Shown: positions 37,032-47,250, counted from the stretch's first letter. The stretch is DNA of 64,000 bases from Marispirochaeta sp. (GCA_963676835.2 CAXXFF010000001.1:800001-864000), one strand, 5' to 3'. The notes: generated by a model not told the origin, from the letters alone. Program-made: numbers and translations.

Positions 37032-38422
37032 GAACTGCCGACTTACAGAGTTTCGCCCCCCTTCCCGAAGGGCCGGATCAGTATTCCACCTCTTTTATTC
37101 AGGCCAACAAGGTCCTCAAGCTGAAAGAGACAGCAGAACAGGTAACTGCCGGAGCCGTTGAACCTGCGGAAACTCTGACGAAGCTGCTGGAAGATTTTCA
37201 TGGAAAAAGAGTAGAGATTCTGCTCCTGGACTCCGCGGAGTTTTCCGCCTTCCTGGGACGACGCCTGGGAGGAGACTCTTCTGGCAGTGGCCCCACCGAT
37301 GCCTCCGGCCTGGATCTTGAAGCCCTTGCCTCGGATGCGCCGGTAATTAATCTGGTAAACAGTATCTGCATCGACGCCATTCGGGCGGGTGCTTCGGATA
37401 TTCACCTGGAGGCCTTTGCGGAGGAGACGGCAGTCCGCTTCCGCATCGACGGGGTGCTGCAGACCTCCCGGACTCTACCAGCAGAGCGTTTTCCCGCCCT
37501 GGCCTCCCGTATAAAGGTAATGGCCGGGCTGAACCTTATGGAACGGCGGCGCCCCCAGGACGGCCGCATAAGCGTAAACCTGGCCGGCCGCAGCATGGAT
37601 ATGCGGGTCTCCTGCGTGCCCACCTCTGCGGCACCGGGAGCAGAATCAATCGTTCTAAGACTCTTCAATAACGAAAACAGCACTTTTACCCTGGAGGACC
37701 TGGGCCTGCCGGAAGACTGCAGCACCGGCATAGAGGAGCTGCTTGCCTCCCCCCACGGTATGATTCTGGTTACCGGGCCAACGGGTTCGGGCAAAACAAC
37801 CACCCTCAATGCCATGGTGCGCCGCCTGGACCGCAGCCGGGACAAGATTATTACCCTGGAAGATCCGGTGGAGTACCGCATAAAGGGTATAACCCAGATA
37901 CAGACGGACGAAAAAATCGGCCTCAGCTTCAGCAGCCTCCTGCGCCGGATTCTGCGTCAGGACCCCAATGTGATTTTAGTAGGAGAAATACGGGACGCGG
38001 AAACCGCGGAACTGGCGGTGCGGGCGGCCCTGACGGGCCACCTGGTTCTCTCCAGTCTGCACACCAACGATGCAGTCTCTGCGGTAAGCCGCCTGGAAGA
38101 CCTGGGTGTTGAACCCTTTCTTATTGCCGCGGTACTTCGGGGGGTTATCGCGCAGCGCCTGACCCGCAGGCTGTGTTCCGCCTGCGCAGGAGAAGGCTGC
38201 GGGGAGTGCGGAAACATGGGCTATAAGGGCCGAATGGCTGCGGTGGAGTTTTTCTCCCTCGATGAGGAGCTTGCAAAAATGGTCAGCACCGGTGCCGATG
38301 AGACAGAACTTAAGGATTACCTAGCAGACCGGGGAATGATCAGCCTCAAGGAGCGGGGGCTGGATATTGCGGCTTCCGGGCTCTCGAGCTTTCAGGAGCT
38401 CAAACGGGCGGGAGTGCTCTGA
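37028..38422 (+). CDS. gspE: T2SS ATPase GspE/PulE
   Basis: ASDIHLE, PQDGR, GPTGSGKTTT, LRQDPNVILVGEIRD, AALTGHLV. Confidence 0.93.
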   Translation: MRTADLQSFAPLPEGPDQYSTSFIQANKVLKLKETAEQVTAGAVEPAETLTKLLEDFHGKRVEILLLDSAEFSAFLGRRLGGDSSGSGPTDASGLDLEALASDAPVINLVNSICIDAIRAGASDIHLEAFAEETAVRFRIDGVLQTSRTLPAERFPALASRIKVMAGLNLMERRRPQDGRISVNLAGRSMDMRVSCVPTSAAPGAESIVLRLFNNENSTFTLEDLGLPEDCSTGIEELLASPHGMILVTGPTGSGKTTTLNAMVRRLDRSRDKIITLEDPVEYRIKGITQIQTDEKIGLSFSSLLRRILRQDPNVILVGEIRDAETAELAVRAALTGHLVLSSLHTNDAVSAVSRLEDLGVEPFLIAAVLRGVIAQRLTRRLCSACAGEGCGECGNMGYKGRMAAVEFFSLDEELAKMVSTGADETELKDYLADRGMISLKERGLDIAASGLSSFQELKRAGVL

Positions 38423-38424
38423 TA

Positions 38425-39642
38425 ATGCCAGTCTACCAGACCCGCTCTGCCGACCCGCTGGGAAAGCGACTTACCCGCACCATAGCCGCGGAATCCCGAA
38501 CCGCAGCGGCAGCCCTTGCAACTGAGGACGGCTCTATGCTGATCTCTTTGAAAGAGATCGTCTCCGCAAGGGGCAAAAAGCCTTCAGCCGCCTTTGTGCT
38601 TGAACTTACCCAGACCCTGGCGCTGCTGTCACAGTCCGGGCTTGATATACGGGAAAGCCTGGAGATTGCGGGTACTCTTTTTCCAGAAGGACGCTCCGGA
38701 GGGAAAAGGAAAAGAGAAGGGAAAAAGCGAAACGGACGAACCGTTGCAGCCCTCGCATCCGCACTGGACCGGGGAGACTCATTCTCTACTGCGGCAGAAG
38801 CGGAAAACTTTCCCCCAATCTACTCGGGACTGATAAAAATCGGCGAACGCACAGGTTCTATGTCGGTAATTTTGCCCGCCATGGCCTCCTATCTGAAAAG
38901 CCGCAAAGAGATGAAGGATAAACTGCTCAATGCCATGCTCTACCCCTCTCTGGTATTAAGTGCGGTACTTATCGGTATTCTTGTTCTGATGATTGTTGTG
39001 GTGCCGAAGATGGGAGAGATTCTATCAGGCTTCGGCAGTTCACCTGAAATGACAGGGGCTATGGAACTGCGCATGCACGCGAGCATGCTCATCGGCGGCA
39101 TTGCCGCAGGCGGTCTCATTCTCTCCATGATACTGTTTATACTGCTTCGCCGTACATCACGGCAGTTCAGACTGAAAAGCGACGGAATACTGGTAACCCT
39201 GCCCCTCCTTGGACCGCTTATCACCCTGCAGGAGACGGTTAATATTGTCTTTGCTCTGGAAGTACTCACCGGTGCGGGGATCAGCCTGGAGGATGCCCTG
39301 GAACAGGCGTCACCGGTTACCAGGAACCTGTCACTCTCAAATGGACTGCTTGAGGCCCGGGAGAAAATCATCCAGGGGCACCGGCCTTCCGAAGCCTTCC
39401 GTGCCGCCGGGGTATTTCCCCTGCGGCTGGTACGCTGGCTGGCCCTGGGAGAGCGGACAGGCCGGGTGGAAGAGGTATTTTCCGGCCTGAAAACCTGGTA
39501 CCAGGGAGAGTTCGAAACCCTGCTTGTCCGCATTACCGGCCTTGCGGAACCTGCAATGATCATAATCACCGGCCTGCTGCTTTTGGCGGGCATAATCATC
39601 TTTGTCCTGCCCCTGCTTTCGGGGTTCGGAAATCTTTTTTGA
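38425..39642 (+). CDS. gspF: T2SS inner-membrane platform GspF
   Basis: GERTG twice, AMLYP, LAEP; three TM segments. Confidence 0.9.
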   Translation: MPVYQTRSADPLGKRLTRTIAAESRTAAAALATEDGSMLISLKEIVSARGKKPSAAFVLELTQTLALLSQSGLDIRESLEIAGTLFPEGRSGGKRKREGKKRNGRTVAALASALDRGDSFSTAAEAENFPPIYSGLIKIGERTGSMSVILPAMASYLKSRKEMKDKLLNAMLYPSLVLSAVLIGILVLMIVVVPKMGEILSGFGSSPEMTGAMELRMHASMLIGGIAAGGLILSMILFILLRRTSRQFRLKSDGILVTLPLLGPLITLQETVNIVFALEVLTGAGISLEDALEQASPVTRNLSLSNGLLEAREKIIQGHRPSEAFRAAGVFPLRLVRWLALGERTGRVEEVFSGLKTWYQGEFETLLVRITGLAEPAMIIITGLLLLAGIIIFVLPLLSGFGNLF

Positions 39643-39695
39643 GGAACAGAATGAAAAACCTGAAGAATCTGCATAATCTGTATAAAGAGAAGAAC

Positions 39696-40157
39696 ATGTC
39701 TGCAAAGGCAGTCAAAGTTGTAAAAGAACCGAAAAAAGGCGAAGAGGGCTGGACCTTTATAGAGACCATTATAGTCCTTGCCATAGTACTGACCCTCTCC
39801 ACCACCGTGGGATTTATGGGGTACCGCTACATCGGCAAGGCAAAAACCGCGGCAGCCCGCAACCAGATAGAAGCGGTCAATCTGGCCCTGAACGCCTATC
39901 TCTTTGACTGCGGCAGATATCCCACCGCCGACCAGGGGCTTGAGGCATTGTACGCAAAACCCTCATCGTCCCCTATCCCCGACGGCTGGGCCGGCCCCTA
40001 CATGGAAAAGAAGGTGGTTAATGATCCCTGGGGCTCTCCCTATATCTATATCGTTCCGGGCCCCGACGGCCTGCCCTACGGTATCAGCAGCTATGGTTCC
40101 GACGGCGCAGAGGGAGGAGACGGCGAAGACCGGGACATTAGCAGCTGGAGCAATTGA
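39696..40157 (+). CDS. gspG: Major pseudopilin GspG
   Basis: G|WTFIE prepilin site, GRYPTADQGLEAL, WAGPY, DPWGSPY, SYGSDG; start uncertain. Confidence 0.92.
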   Translation: MSAKAVKVVKEPKKGEEGWTFIETIIVLAIVLTLSTTVGFMGYRYIGKAKTAAARNQIEAVNLALNAYLFDCGRYPTADQGLEALYAKPSSSPIPDGWAGPYMEKKVVNDPWGSPYIYIVPGPDGLPYGISSYGSDGAEGGDGEDRDISSWSN

Positions 40158-40351
40158 TGCGCGGTGATGACGGCTATGCGCTTTTGGAAGTACTGATCGC
40201 GCTGCTCATGCTCACCCTGATTGCAGGATCCGCCGGAGGCCTTCTCAGCCGGAGCATGAAGGAGACCGCCGCAGGACCGGAACTCCTCAGAGGAGAAATT
40301 GAAACCCGCAATGAGATTTCCCGGGGAAGCTCCGGCAACCAGGACCTGTGA
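40154..40351 (+). CDS. Short minor pseudopilin
   Basis: DDG|YALLEVLIALLML prepilin motif. Confidence 0.7.
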   Translation: MMRGDDGYALLEVLIALLMLTLIAGSAGGLLSRSMKETAAGPELLRGEIETRNEISRGSSGNQDL

Positions 40352-40405
40352 GAATGATAAATGAGCAGGAAAGAAAAAATAAAAGTAAAAAACCGGAATG
40401 AGTGA

Positions 40406-41017
40406 GTGAAAACAAGGAAGATGATCGGATTTCAAATCATACAAAGTTTAAGAGCATTACTCAGATCTAAAACAACCAGGACCAATAAGGCAAAAGTAGA
40501 AAGCGAGGCAGGCTTCAGCTATATGGAAACCCTCATTGCCCTGCTGATACTCACCGTTCTTGCCTCCGGGTCCGCCTTCTTTGCGGCCGCCCTGTTCAGA
40601 GCCCCGGGAAGAATCCTCGAATCATCCCGGGAATCAGCAGCCCTTGCCCTTCTCGATACAGAGTTCCGCAGGGCATGCGGCGGAGTGGCCCTGCCCTGGT
40701 GGCAGACTGAAGTTACCGCCGAAATCCTGACCATCGCTCCCGAAGAGGTAAAGGTCCGGGCTCTCTCACCGGCAGAGAATGATGAAATCCAGCTGCAGAT
40801 GACCCTTTCCCGGACAGACAGGAGCAGGCAGCTTATTATTCAAACCGCCGGAGAAGAACGAACTTACCCCATTCCGGAAGCCTTTGTTCCCAGGTTTGCC
40901 CCCGGCGAATCCGGTACAGCTGAAGGAGTGGTATTGCTTCTGGAATCCCCGGATGAAAATGTCTCCATTACCGGCCGCTGGAGAAGCAGATCTATCTTCG
41001 GAGGCCATGATGGCTGA
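40406..41017 (+). CDS. Minor pseudopilin (GspJ-like)
   Basis: EAG|FSYMETLIALLIL prepilin motif. Confidence 0.72.
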   Translation: MKTRKMIGFQIIQSLRALLRSKTTRTNKAKVESEAGFSYMETLIALLILTVLASGSAFFAAALFRAPGRILESSRESAALALLDTEFRRACGGVALPWWQTEVTAEILTIAPEEVKVRALSPAENDEIQLQMTLSRTDRSRQLIIQTAGEERTYPIPEAFVPRFAPGESGTAEGVVLLLESPDENVSITGRWRSRSIFGGHDG

Positions 41018-42143
41018 ACCGACTGAATGCAGGAACCGGACGGGTAGCAAAAAAAATACAGCCTGTAAAAAAGAAGAAGGGGCCATAACTCTGACGGCGA
41101 TACTGGTTCTGGCCTTCGCCTGCTTTCTGACCATCTCTGCAGCAGCCATTGCCATGGCCCAGAAAAATCAGCTCCGCGCCTTTAAGCGTACAACCGCAAG
41201 GGTTCAGGAACTGACAGAAGCCGCTGACATGGTGCTTGCCCTTCTATCAGAAGAAGAACCGGATGCCCCGGACTGGCGGGGGAGCTCCTTTTTTTCAGCA
41301 ATTGCAGAAATCGAAAACGAAACAGGCTTTAGCATCGTGGTTGAGGACCTTTCCAGCAGGTTCAACCTCAATTCCCTGAACAAAAAGATGATCACTGAAA
41401 CACAGATACAGAACTCTATGCTGCCCGGAACCGGTGCCGATGCCTTTCAGCAGGACCGCTCAGACCGGGGATTCGGCCTGAGCCCCCTGCCCAGGTGGGA
41501 GGATTTTTTTACCCGGGAGTTTCTCGAAAACTATGCAGCCTGTACCGGCGGATGGAATATAAATACCGCCGATGAGTTTTCCCTGGAGGCGGTATTTGCA
41601 GAAGTTACCGGTGATGAAACTGCGGCAGAGCTGTTCCACGAAAAGATCAGGGAAAAACGCAAAAGCCTTGAGCTGATACCAGCTGAAAAGCTTGAAGAGT
41701 TTATCGGCATACAGTACTTCTCCGGGGTGTACCCGGTAATACACGCCTTTCCCGAATTCAATGTGCACTTCGCCCCGGAGTGGGTGTTAAAGCAGATACT
41801 TGCCTACCCGGCATACAAGGTGGCCGATCCCGCAGCAACTGCAGAAATGCTGATCTCATTAAGAGACAGCCGGGGGCTCAGCCGTGAGGAGATTATCAGC
41901 CTCATTCCCATACAGCCCGACCCCGATGAAACAACAGCAGAAAAACGGCCGAAAGAGGAGAATCGCCTTTTCGCCTGGCTGGGAAACACCACCCTATTCT
42001 GGCGCATCACCGTACAAAGCAAAGAGAATGAAAATAGTGAAAAGATAATGATACGGGAAATTGCCCTTATTCCGGACTCCCGGGGAATGTCCGGGGCACA
42101 CAACCGGGAATACCGGATCATAAACGAGGAGCTCCCATGGTAA
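41007..42143 (+). CDS. gspK: GspK-like minor pseudopilin
   Basis: EEG|AITLTAIL (no E5), EDLSSRFNLN, NINTAD. Confidence 0.75.
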   Translation: MMAEPTECRNRTGSKKNTACKKEEGAITLTAILVLAFACFLTISAAAIAMAQKNQLRAFKRTTARVQELTEAADMVLALLSEEEPDAPDWRGSSFFSAIAEIENETGFSIVVEDLSSRFNLNSLNKKMITETQIQNSMLPGTGADAFQQDRSDRGFGLSPLPRWEDFFTREFLENYAACTGGWNINTADEFSLEAVFAEVTGDETAAELFHEKIREKRKSLELIPAEKLEEFIGIQYFSGVYPVIHAFPEFNVHFAPEWVLKQILAYPAYKVADPAATAEMLISLRDSRGLSREEIISLIPIQPDPDETTAEKRPKEENRLFAWLGNTTLFWRITVQSKENENSEKIMIREIALIPDSRGMSGAHNREYRIINEELPW

Positions 42144-43171
42144 ATATAGCAATGCCTCCAGGCACTGCCCTCTTTCCCCGGGATAAGTGCCGCTTTTACC
42201 TGCTGAGTTTTCCCGGACTCAAAAAGAAGGAGGCAGCTGCAGCCCTTGAGTTCCGCCTCCCCTCGGTCTACCCCGGCTCCATGGACACTATCTATTGGGA
42301 TTTCCGTATTCTACATTCAGGCAAAAAGTGGACGAACCAGACGGATCTGCTGGTACTGGTGACAGAAAAGGCGGCTCTTGAAGAGTTCCGCATGGCTAAT
42401 CCCGGTAAAACAGCCTATGTGCCCCTCTTCCACCTGCTGGATATTGATCATCTTAATCCTGGAGAACACTTCAGCCTGATCAGCGGTTCCGGTATTCGCG
42501 ACACCCTGGAATGCACCTCCGACGGGCATTGGGAGTTCCGGAGAGAAAAAACCGGCACTTCCAGGGCTGTCCGGGAGTGGATTTTGAACCCGCTCCCTCA
42601 GGGAAAAGCAGTTCAACGGGGCTACCGTGGAGCATTCATTTCATTTTTTTCTGATGGCAAGAGGAAATCACCACCGGCCTGGCTGAAAGCAGGCTTTGTT
42701 TTTCTCATACTGCTTATGGCAGGAAGCATCTATGGTCACAGAGTTCTTGCATCCATGGAAAACCGGTCCCGGGAACTCTCCCGCGCAATCGGTCTTCAGG
42801 GTGAACGGATAAACCGGAGATCCATGCTGGTATCGGAAATTGAATCACTTGAAAACAAAATCACCTTTCTTCAGCGGAACCCGTCAACTGATCCCTGGCT
42901 TTTTCTCAACACCATAACACCCCTCCTTCCGGAACAGACCGGAATTATTGCTCTCTCCGCCACGGAGAATCTTTTCAGCCTCGAACTCGCCGGGCCCAAT
43001 GCCCTGAAGCTTGGAGAGGCTTTAAGCCGAAACCCCGATTTTGCAGAAACTGAACTTCAGGAAATACGGGTCTCCACCCCAGGCGAAAAGCCGCGGTACC
43101 GTATTATCTGCCGATTTATCCCCGGTAAGAATTCATCCGGATTCTCATTACCTGAAGGAGACACGGAATGA
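42137..43171 (+). CDS. GspL/PilN-like assembly protein
   Basis: Position in cluster; central TM followed by coiled-coil and ferredoxin-like periplasmic region. Confidence 0.55.
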   Translation: MVNIAMPPGTALFPRDKCRFYLLSFPGLKKKEAAAALEFRLPSVYPGSMDTIYWDFRILHSGKKWTNQTDLLVLVTEKAALEEFRMANPGKTAYVPLFHLLDIDHLNPGEHFSLISGSGIRDTLECTSDGHWEFRREKTGTSRAVREWILNPLPQGKAVQRGYRGAFISFFSDGKRKSPPAWLKAGFVFLILLMAGSIYGHRVLASMENRSRELSRAIGLQGERINRRSMLVSEIESLENKITFLQRNPSTDPWLFLNTITPLLPEQTGIIALSATENLFSLELAGPNALKLGEALSRNPDFAETELQEIRVSTPGEKPRYRIICRFIPGKNSSGFSLPEGDTE

Positions 43172-43767
43172 GAATCTCATCCATCAGATTATCCCCCAGG
43201 GAAATAAAACTCCTGACTGTTTTGCTGATCACCCTCCTGGGAGCAGCCTCTGTTCTTTCCGTTTCCAGATGGATTGAGAAGTATACCTCCCTGAACGGGG
43301 AAATAGAACAAAAAACGGCACTGCTTGAAAAAGCACCTTCTTTTACAGCTGCAAATAGAAATGCCAGCCCGGAGATTGAAGGCCTTGAAAGCCTTCAAAG
43401 AGAGGCAGATCTTTTGAGAGAACGGCTTGAGGGCTTTACGGTTGAGGAAAGCTCCGGCAGCTACGGCTTCGGAGAAGAGCTGCTCGAAATTACAGGCAGG
43501 CACTTCATCACCGTAAGACGTTACCGGCCCCTGTCCGACTCGGGCTTCACCTTTATCGGCAGCGGAACCCCGGAAAATGTAATCCGCCTTCTGGGCGATA
43601 TCTCACACGACCACCCTGCCTGGCAGTTTTCCGGTCTCCGCTTAACCGGCAGCAGCCGGCCCGGAGAACTTGATATGCAGTTTGACCTTGAAAATCTTTC
43701 TCTCATAGAAACCGAAGAAAAGAAGGTTGAGGTGAAGCAAAAGGTGGAGGTAAGAAAAGTCCAATGA
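43168..43767 (+). CDS. GspM/PilO-like protein
   Basis: LSPREIKLL + TM + coiled coil; position in cluster. Confidence 0.6.
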   Translation: MRISSIRLSPREIKLLTVLLITLLGAASVLSVSRWIEKYTSLNGEIEQKTALLEKAPSFTAANRNASPEIEGLESLQREADLLRERLEGFTVEESSGSYGFGEELLEITGRHFITVRRYRPLSDSGFTFIGSGTPENVIRLLGDISHDHPAWQFSGLRLTGSSRPGELDMQFDLENLSLIETEEKKVEVKQKVEVRKVQ

Positions 43768-44267
43768 AAAAAATATCCCTCTTCGCCACCATGCTTTTCA
43801 CCGCATTATTCCTGATCTCCGCAGCTGTTATTCCGCTGCCGAAAGCCGCAGAATCCCAGGGAGCCTTGCGGAATACACGGAATACTTTCACACCGGAAAA
43901 ACAATCTATCATTACGGTGTCGGAACACCCGGACCTTACAACCGCTTCATTGCCGGAAGTTGCCGGGCTGTTTGTGGTAAAAACAAAGCCCCAGTTCCCG
44001 GTCCCAGCGGTAATGCAGACTGAAGCCCCTCCGGAGGTTCCGGAATCTCTGCCGGAAGCGAAGCTTTCCTCTCTACCCGCGCTTCCCGCGGTCCGCTACC
44101 TGGGAGAAGCGGTAATAGGGGGGCAAACCATTGTTTTCTGCATGACCGGATCCCCGGAAAGGCTGCTGCGTCTGCCTGATACTGAGGAAGAGTTTATTCT
44201 GACAGAAAACAGCCCTAAGACATTAACCATCGAATATAACGGAAGGAGTATCCATGTTCCAAAATAG
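43764..44267 (+). CDS. Hypothetical exported Pro-rich protein of the gsp operon (possibly GspC/PilP-like)
   Basis: N-terminal TM or signal, Pro-rich linker, beta-rich C-terminus; translationally coupled. Confidence 0.5.
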   Translation: MKKISLFATMLFTALFLISAAVIPLPKAAESQGALRNTRNTFTPEKQSIITVSEHPDLTTASLPEVAGLFVVKTKPQFPVPAVMQTEAPPEVPESLPEAKLSSLPALPAVRYLGEAVIGGQTIVFCMTGSPERLLRLPDTEEEFILTENSPKTLTIEYNGRSIHVPK

Positions 44268-44787
44268 ATTTATCACATCTGCAGTCCTGCTGATAGCATT
44301 CGCCCTGCTTGCCGCCTCCTGTTCATCCGCGCCGGACACCCGGCCGTCGGGCAAAAATCCCCTTACCGGGATGGTCTACGACAATGAAGGCCGCCCCGTG
44401 CAGGGAGCCCGGGTAAGCATCGACGGTAAGGAGGCAGCCCTCACCGACCTGAACGGGCGTTTTGTTACCCCGCCCCTCGATCCGGGCCCGCACTCTCTTT
44501 CCCTGAACAAACCGGGCTACGAGCAAACGAATACTACAGTAGATTTCACCTCTGCCCTGGAGGTTCTTTACACCAGGATGGCTTCATTTGAGTCACTGAT
44601 GAAAGAAGCGGAAGAATTTCTGGATGCAGGTAAATCAGCGGAAGCCCTCAGCCTGCTGAAACGGGCAGAGGGAATCTATCCTGAAGATCCGGCGCTGACA
44701 GTGCTCTTTCTGGTCTGCTACAAAGACTTGGAGGATACGGAGATAGCTGCGGAGTACCGTATGAAAGTGGAAACACTGGGGCTGTAG
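44254..44787 (+). CDS. Lipoprotein with carboxypeptidase-regulatory-like domain and TPR
   Basis: Lipobox LAASC; GMVYDNEGRPVQGARV...TDLNGRF...KPGY; C-terminal TPR-like helices. Confidence 0.75.
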   Translation: MFQNRFITSAVLLIAFALLAASCSSAPDTRPSGKNPLTGMVYDNEGRPVQGARVSIDGKEAALTDLNGRFVTPPLDPGPHSLSLNKPGYEQTNTTVDFTSALEVLYTRMASFESLMKEAEEFLDAGKSAEALSLLKRAEGIYPEDPALTVLFLVCYKDLEDTEIAAEYRMKVETLGL

Positions 44788-44903
44788 CCTGTCAGACAAA
44801 AATATTAATTCTTGTTCCACACCAGCGAGTGATAGTAGGATTCCTCTCTATTTCTTTTTTAAAGACTTTTTAGTATTATCATTTATAAGTAGAAGGAGGC
44901 TGA

Positions 44904-45101
44904 ATGGACATTCAAACTCTAAATCCCCGGTATATAACAGATAAAACAGGTAAGAAAACTGAAATCATCCTTACAATCGAAGTGTTTAATCAATTAATTG
45001 AAGATATCGAAGATCTTTCAACAATTGCAGAGCGGAAAGATGAAACCAGGATTTCCCATGAAGAATTTAAAAAACAATTAACAACAGATGGCCTTATATA
45101 A
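44904..45101 (+). CDS. Antitoxin of a RelE/ParE-type TA pair
   Basis: 65 aa; YITDKTGKKTEIIL...IEDIEDL; overlaps the relE start. Confidence 0.72.
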   Translation: MDIQTLNPRYITDKTGKKTEIILTIEVFNQLIEDIEDLSTIAERKDETRISHEEFKKQLTTDGLI

Positions 45102-45501
45102 TATACAGGCACTTCTAAAAACGTAGTATTTTTGCCATAGCCTAGGAGGATAGATTTTATAGCGCCCGCAAACTCTTGTGGTAACAAGAGTTGAGGACCG
45201 CGGGAAATCTTGACGACGCAGGATATGGAGAAAAGAGTAGTTTTTAGAGGTGGCCATACAGTGGAAAAACTCAGCACAATAAGAAGTTCGTAAACTTGAG
45301 AAAAAAGACCGGACTGCGATTATCCATGCAGTTGAAGAACTGGCAGAAGATCCACGCAGGAACGGTGTGATTAAACTAACCGGTTCAATATCTGCCTATC
45401 GATACCGGGTCGGCAATTATCGTGTTATTTTTGAAATTTTTGATAATATTCTGTCAATAGAAATTGTACGAGTCAAACACAGAAGGGATGCTTACAGGTA
45501 A
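45088..45501 (+). pseudogene. relE: RelE/StbE toxin disrupted by a MITE and a TAA
   Basis: MALYNIQ|WKNSAQ*EVRKL...KLTGSISAYRYRVGNYRVIFEI...VKHRRDAYR. Confidence 0.85.
45108..45255. mobile_element. 148-bp MITE (non-autonomous IS derivative)
   Basis: Imperfect TIR GGCACTTCTAAAAAC / GTTTTTAGAGGTGGCC; flanking duplication ATACA (45103-45107, 45256-45260). Confidence 0.82.
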
Positions 45502-45622
45502 ATGTTACACAGCTCTTATCTGTCCATAAACAAGCTAGTGCATAACCTGCACGTTGAACATCACCCCGATTTTCTCTAATATCTACACAACTAACTACGG
45601 CTTACCCCGAAGAACCATACAC

Positions 45623-46987
45623 ATGCAGATAACGAGACCCATGGCAGACAGAAAAACCCTTATCCTCAGCGGACATATACCAACAAGCCTCATCCGCATA
45701 ACCATTCCTTCCATAATTGGAATGTTCGGTATGATGATCTTCAACATTGTAGATACCTACTTTGTGGGAAAACTCGGTGCCATTGAGCTTGCGGCAATAT
45801 CTTTCACCTTTCCGGTGGTCATGGTCATCAGCAGTCTGGTTTTCGGTATCGGCGTCGCCGCCATGGCACTCTTCTCCCGGGCCGCTGGTCAGCAGAACTT
45901 TCAGGAAGAGCAGATGCTTGCTACCTCTACCCTTACCCTGGGAATTTCAATCTCCGCCGTTATGGGTCTCATAGGATATTTCAGCATCGATCCCATTTTC
46001 CGCCTTCTCGGTGCAGATGATACTCTCATGCCCCACATTACCGCCTACATGCGGGTCTGGTTCATGGGAGCGGCGTTTATGGTTATCCCCATGCTGGGAG
46101 ATTCAATACTCCGGGGTCTCGGCGACACCTTTACCCCGGCCTTTGTAATGATGACCTCAGCCATGCTCAACGTCTTTATGGACCCCCTGCTGATTTTCGG
46201 TATCGGTCCTTTTCCAGCCTTAGGGGTACAGGGTGCTGCCATTGCCACGGTGGCGTCCCGGGCTGTGTCTGCCATTATCTCCATCCTTATTCAGGCCTTC
46301 CGGGAACGGCTTTTGACCATTAACGGCATGTCCGTCCGTAAAGCCTGGATCTACTGGAAGCGGCTGCTTCATATAGGACTGCCCAATTCGGCAGTCCGGG
46401 CCATCAGCCCCCTGGGAACCGCGGTCTTTACTTCAATACTGGCCCGGTATGGACATGAAGTAGTTGCCGGCTATGGTGTTGCAGCCAAGCTTGAAAGTGT
46501 TTTTCTGGCCATCATCAACGCCTTTTCCATTACCGCCACCGTATTTGTGGGGCAGAATCTGGGAGCGGGGAACGGCAAAAGAGTACGCACAGGCATACGC
46601 TTTATGAACCTTATTCTTATGGGCCTCGGTCTGGCCGTGGCTGCTGCCTTTTTCTTTGCCGGTAATTCTCTGGCGGGCCTGTTTAATGAGGACCCCACTG
46701 TCCGACAGACTACCGCCCTCTATCTGCGCATAGTCCCCGTGGGTTACGGATTTCTGGCATTCACCCAGATAGGAGCTTCCATCCTCAATGTGTATCATCG
46801 CCCGTTCCTTGCAGGCGGACTCTCCCTGGTGCAGATAGCCGGTATAGGAGTACCTTCGGCATATCTCTTCTCATTCCTCATGGGTGTACACGGTGTCTTT
46901 ATTGCCATCCTTGCAAGCTTTGTTCTTACCGGAATAATCACCCTGCTGGTACAGCGGCAGCAGACAGCAATCCATGTGCCTGTCTAA
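45623..46987 (+). CDS. MATE family efflux transporter
   Basis: NIVDTYFVGKLG, LRGLGDT, DPLLIFG, GVQGAAIAT, GQNLGAG. Confidence 0.93.
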   Translation: MQITRPMADRKTLILSGHIPTSLIRITIPSIIGMFGMMIFNIVDTYFVGKLGAIELAAISFTFPVVMVISSLVFGIGVAAMALFSRAAGQQNFQEEQMLATSTLTLGISISAVMGLIGYFSIDPIFRLLGADDTLMPHITAYMRVWFMGAAFMVIPMLGDSILRGLGDTFTPAFVMMTSAMLNVFMDPLLIFGIGPFPALGVQGAAIATVASRAVSAIISILIQAFRERLLTINGMSVRKAWIYWKRLLHIGLPNSAVRAISPLGTAVFTSILARYGHEVVAGYGVAAKLESVFLAIINAFSITATVFVGQNLGAGNGKRVRTGIRFMNLILMGLGLAVAAAFFFAGNSLAGLFNEDPTVRQTTALYLRIVPVGYGFLAFTQIGASILNVYHRPFLAGGLSLVQIAGIGVPSAYLFSFLMGVHGVFIAILASFVLTGIITLLVQRQQTAIHVPV

Positions 46988-47232
46988 GCAGACTGTTGTA
47001 AACTGAACGCGAACCCCTTCCCTAAAAATCAGGTATTCTGCCATCTGCCCTTCCGCGGGAAGCCCCGCAATTTTTGATTACAGGCTATATATCCATGAGT
47101 AGTATACTGCGGGTGAAACATCCTCTGTTTCTGCCCTTATACAGGAAAATATTCCTTCCCACCCTGGTTGCTGTCCCGTAACTGATTCTCTATGTTAAAA
47201 AACAGTTAAACTACACTATTCTACTTTACTAT

Positions 47233-47250
47233 TATTATACATGTAGAATA
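47233..47250. promoter_or_regulatory. Putative PadR operator
   Basis: 18-bp palindrome TATTATACATGTAGAATA (one mismatch) just upstream of the padR RBS. Confidence 0.5.
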
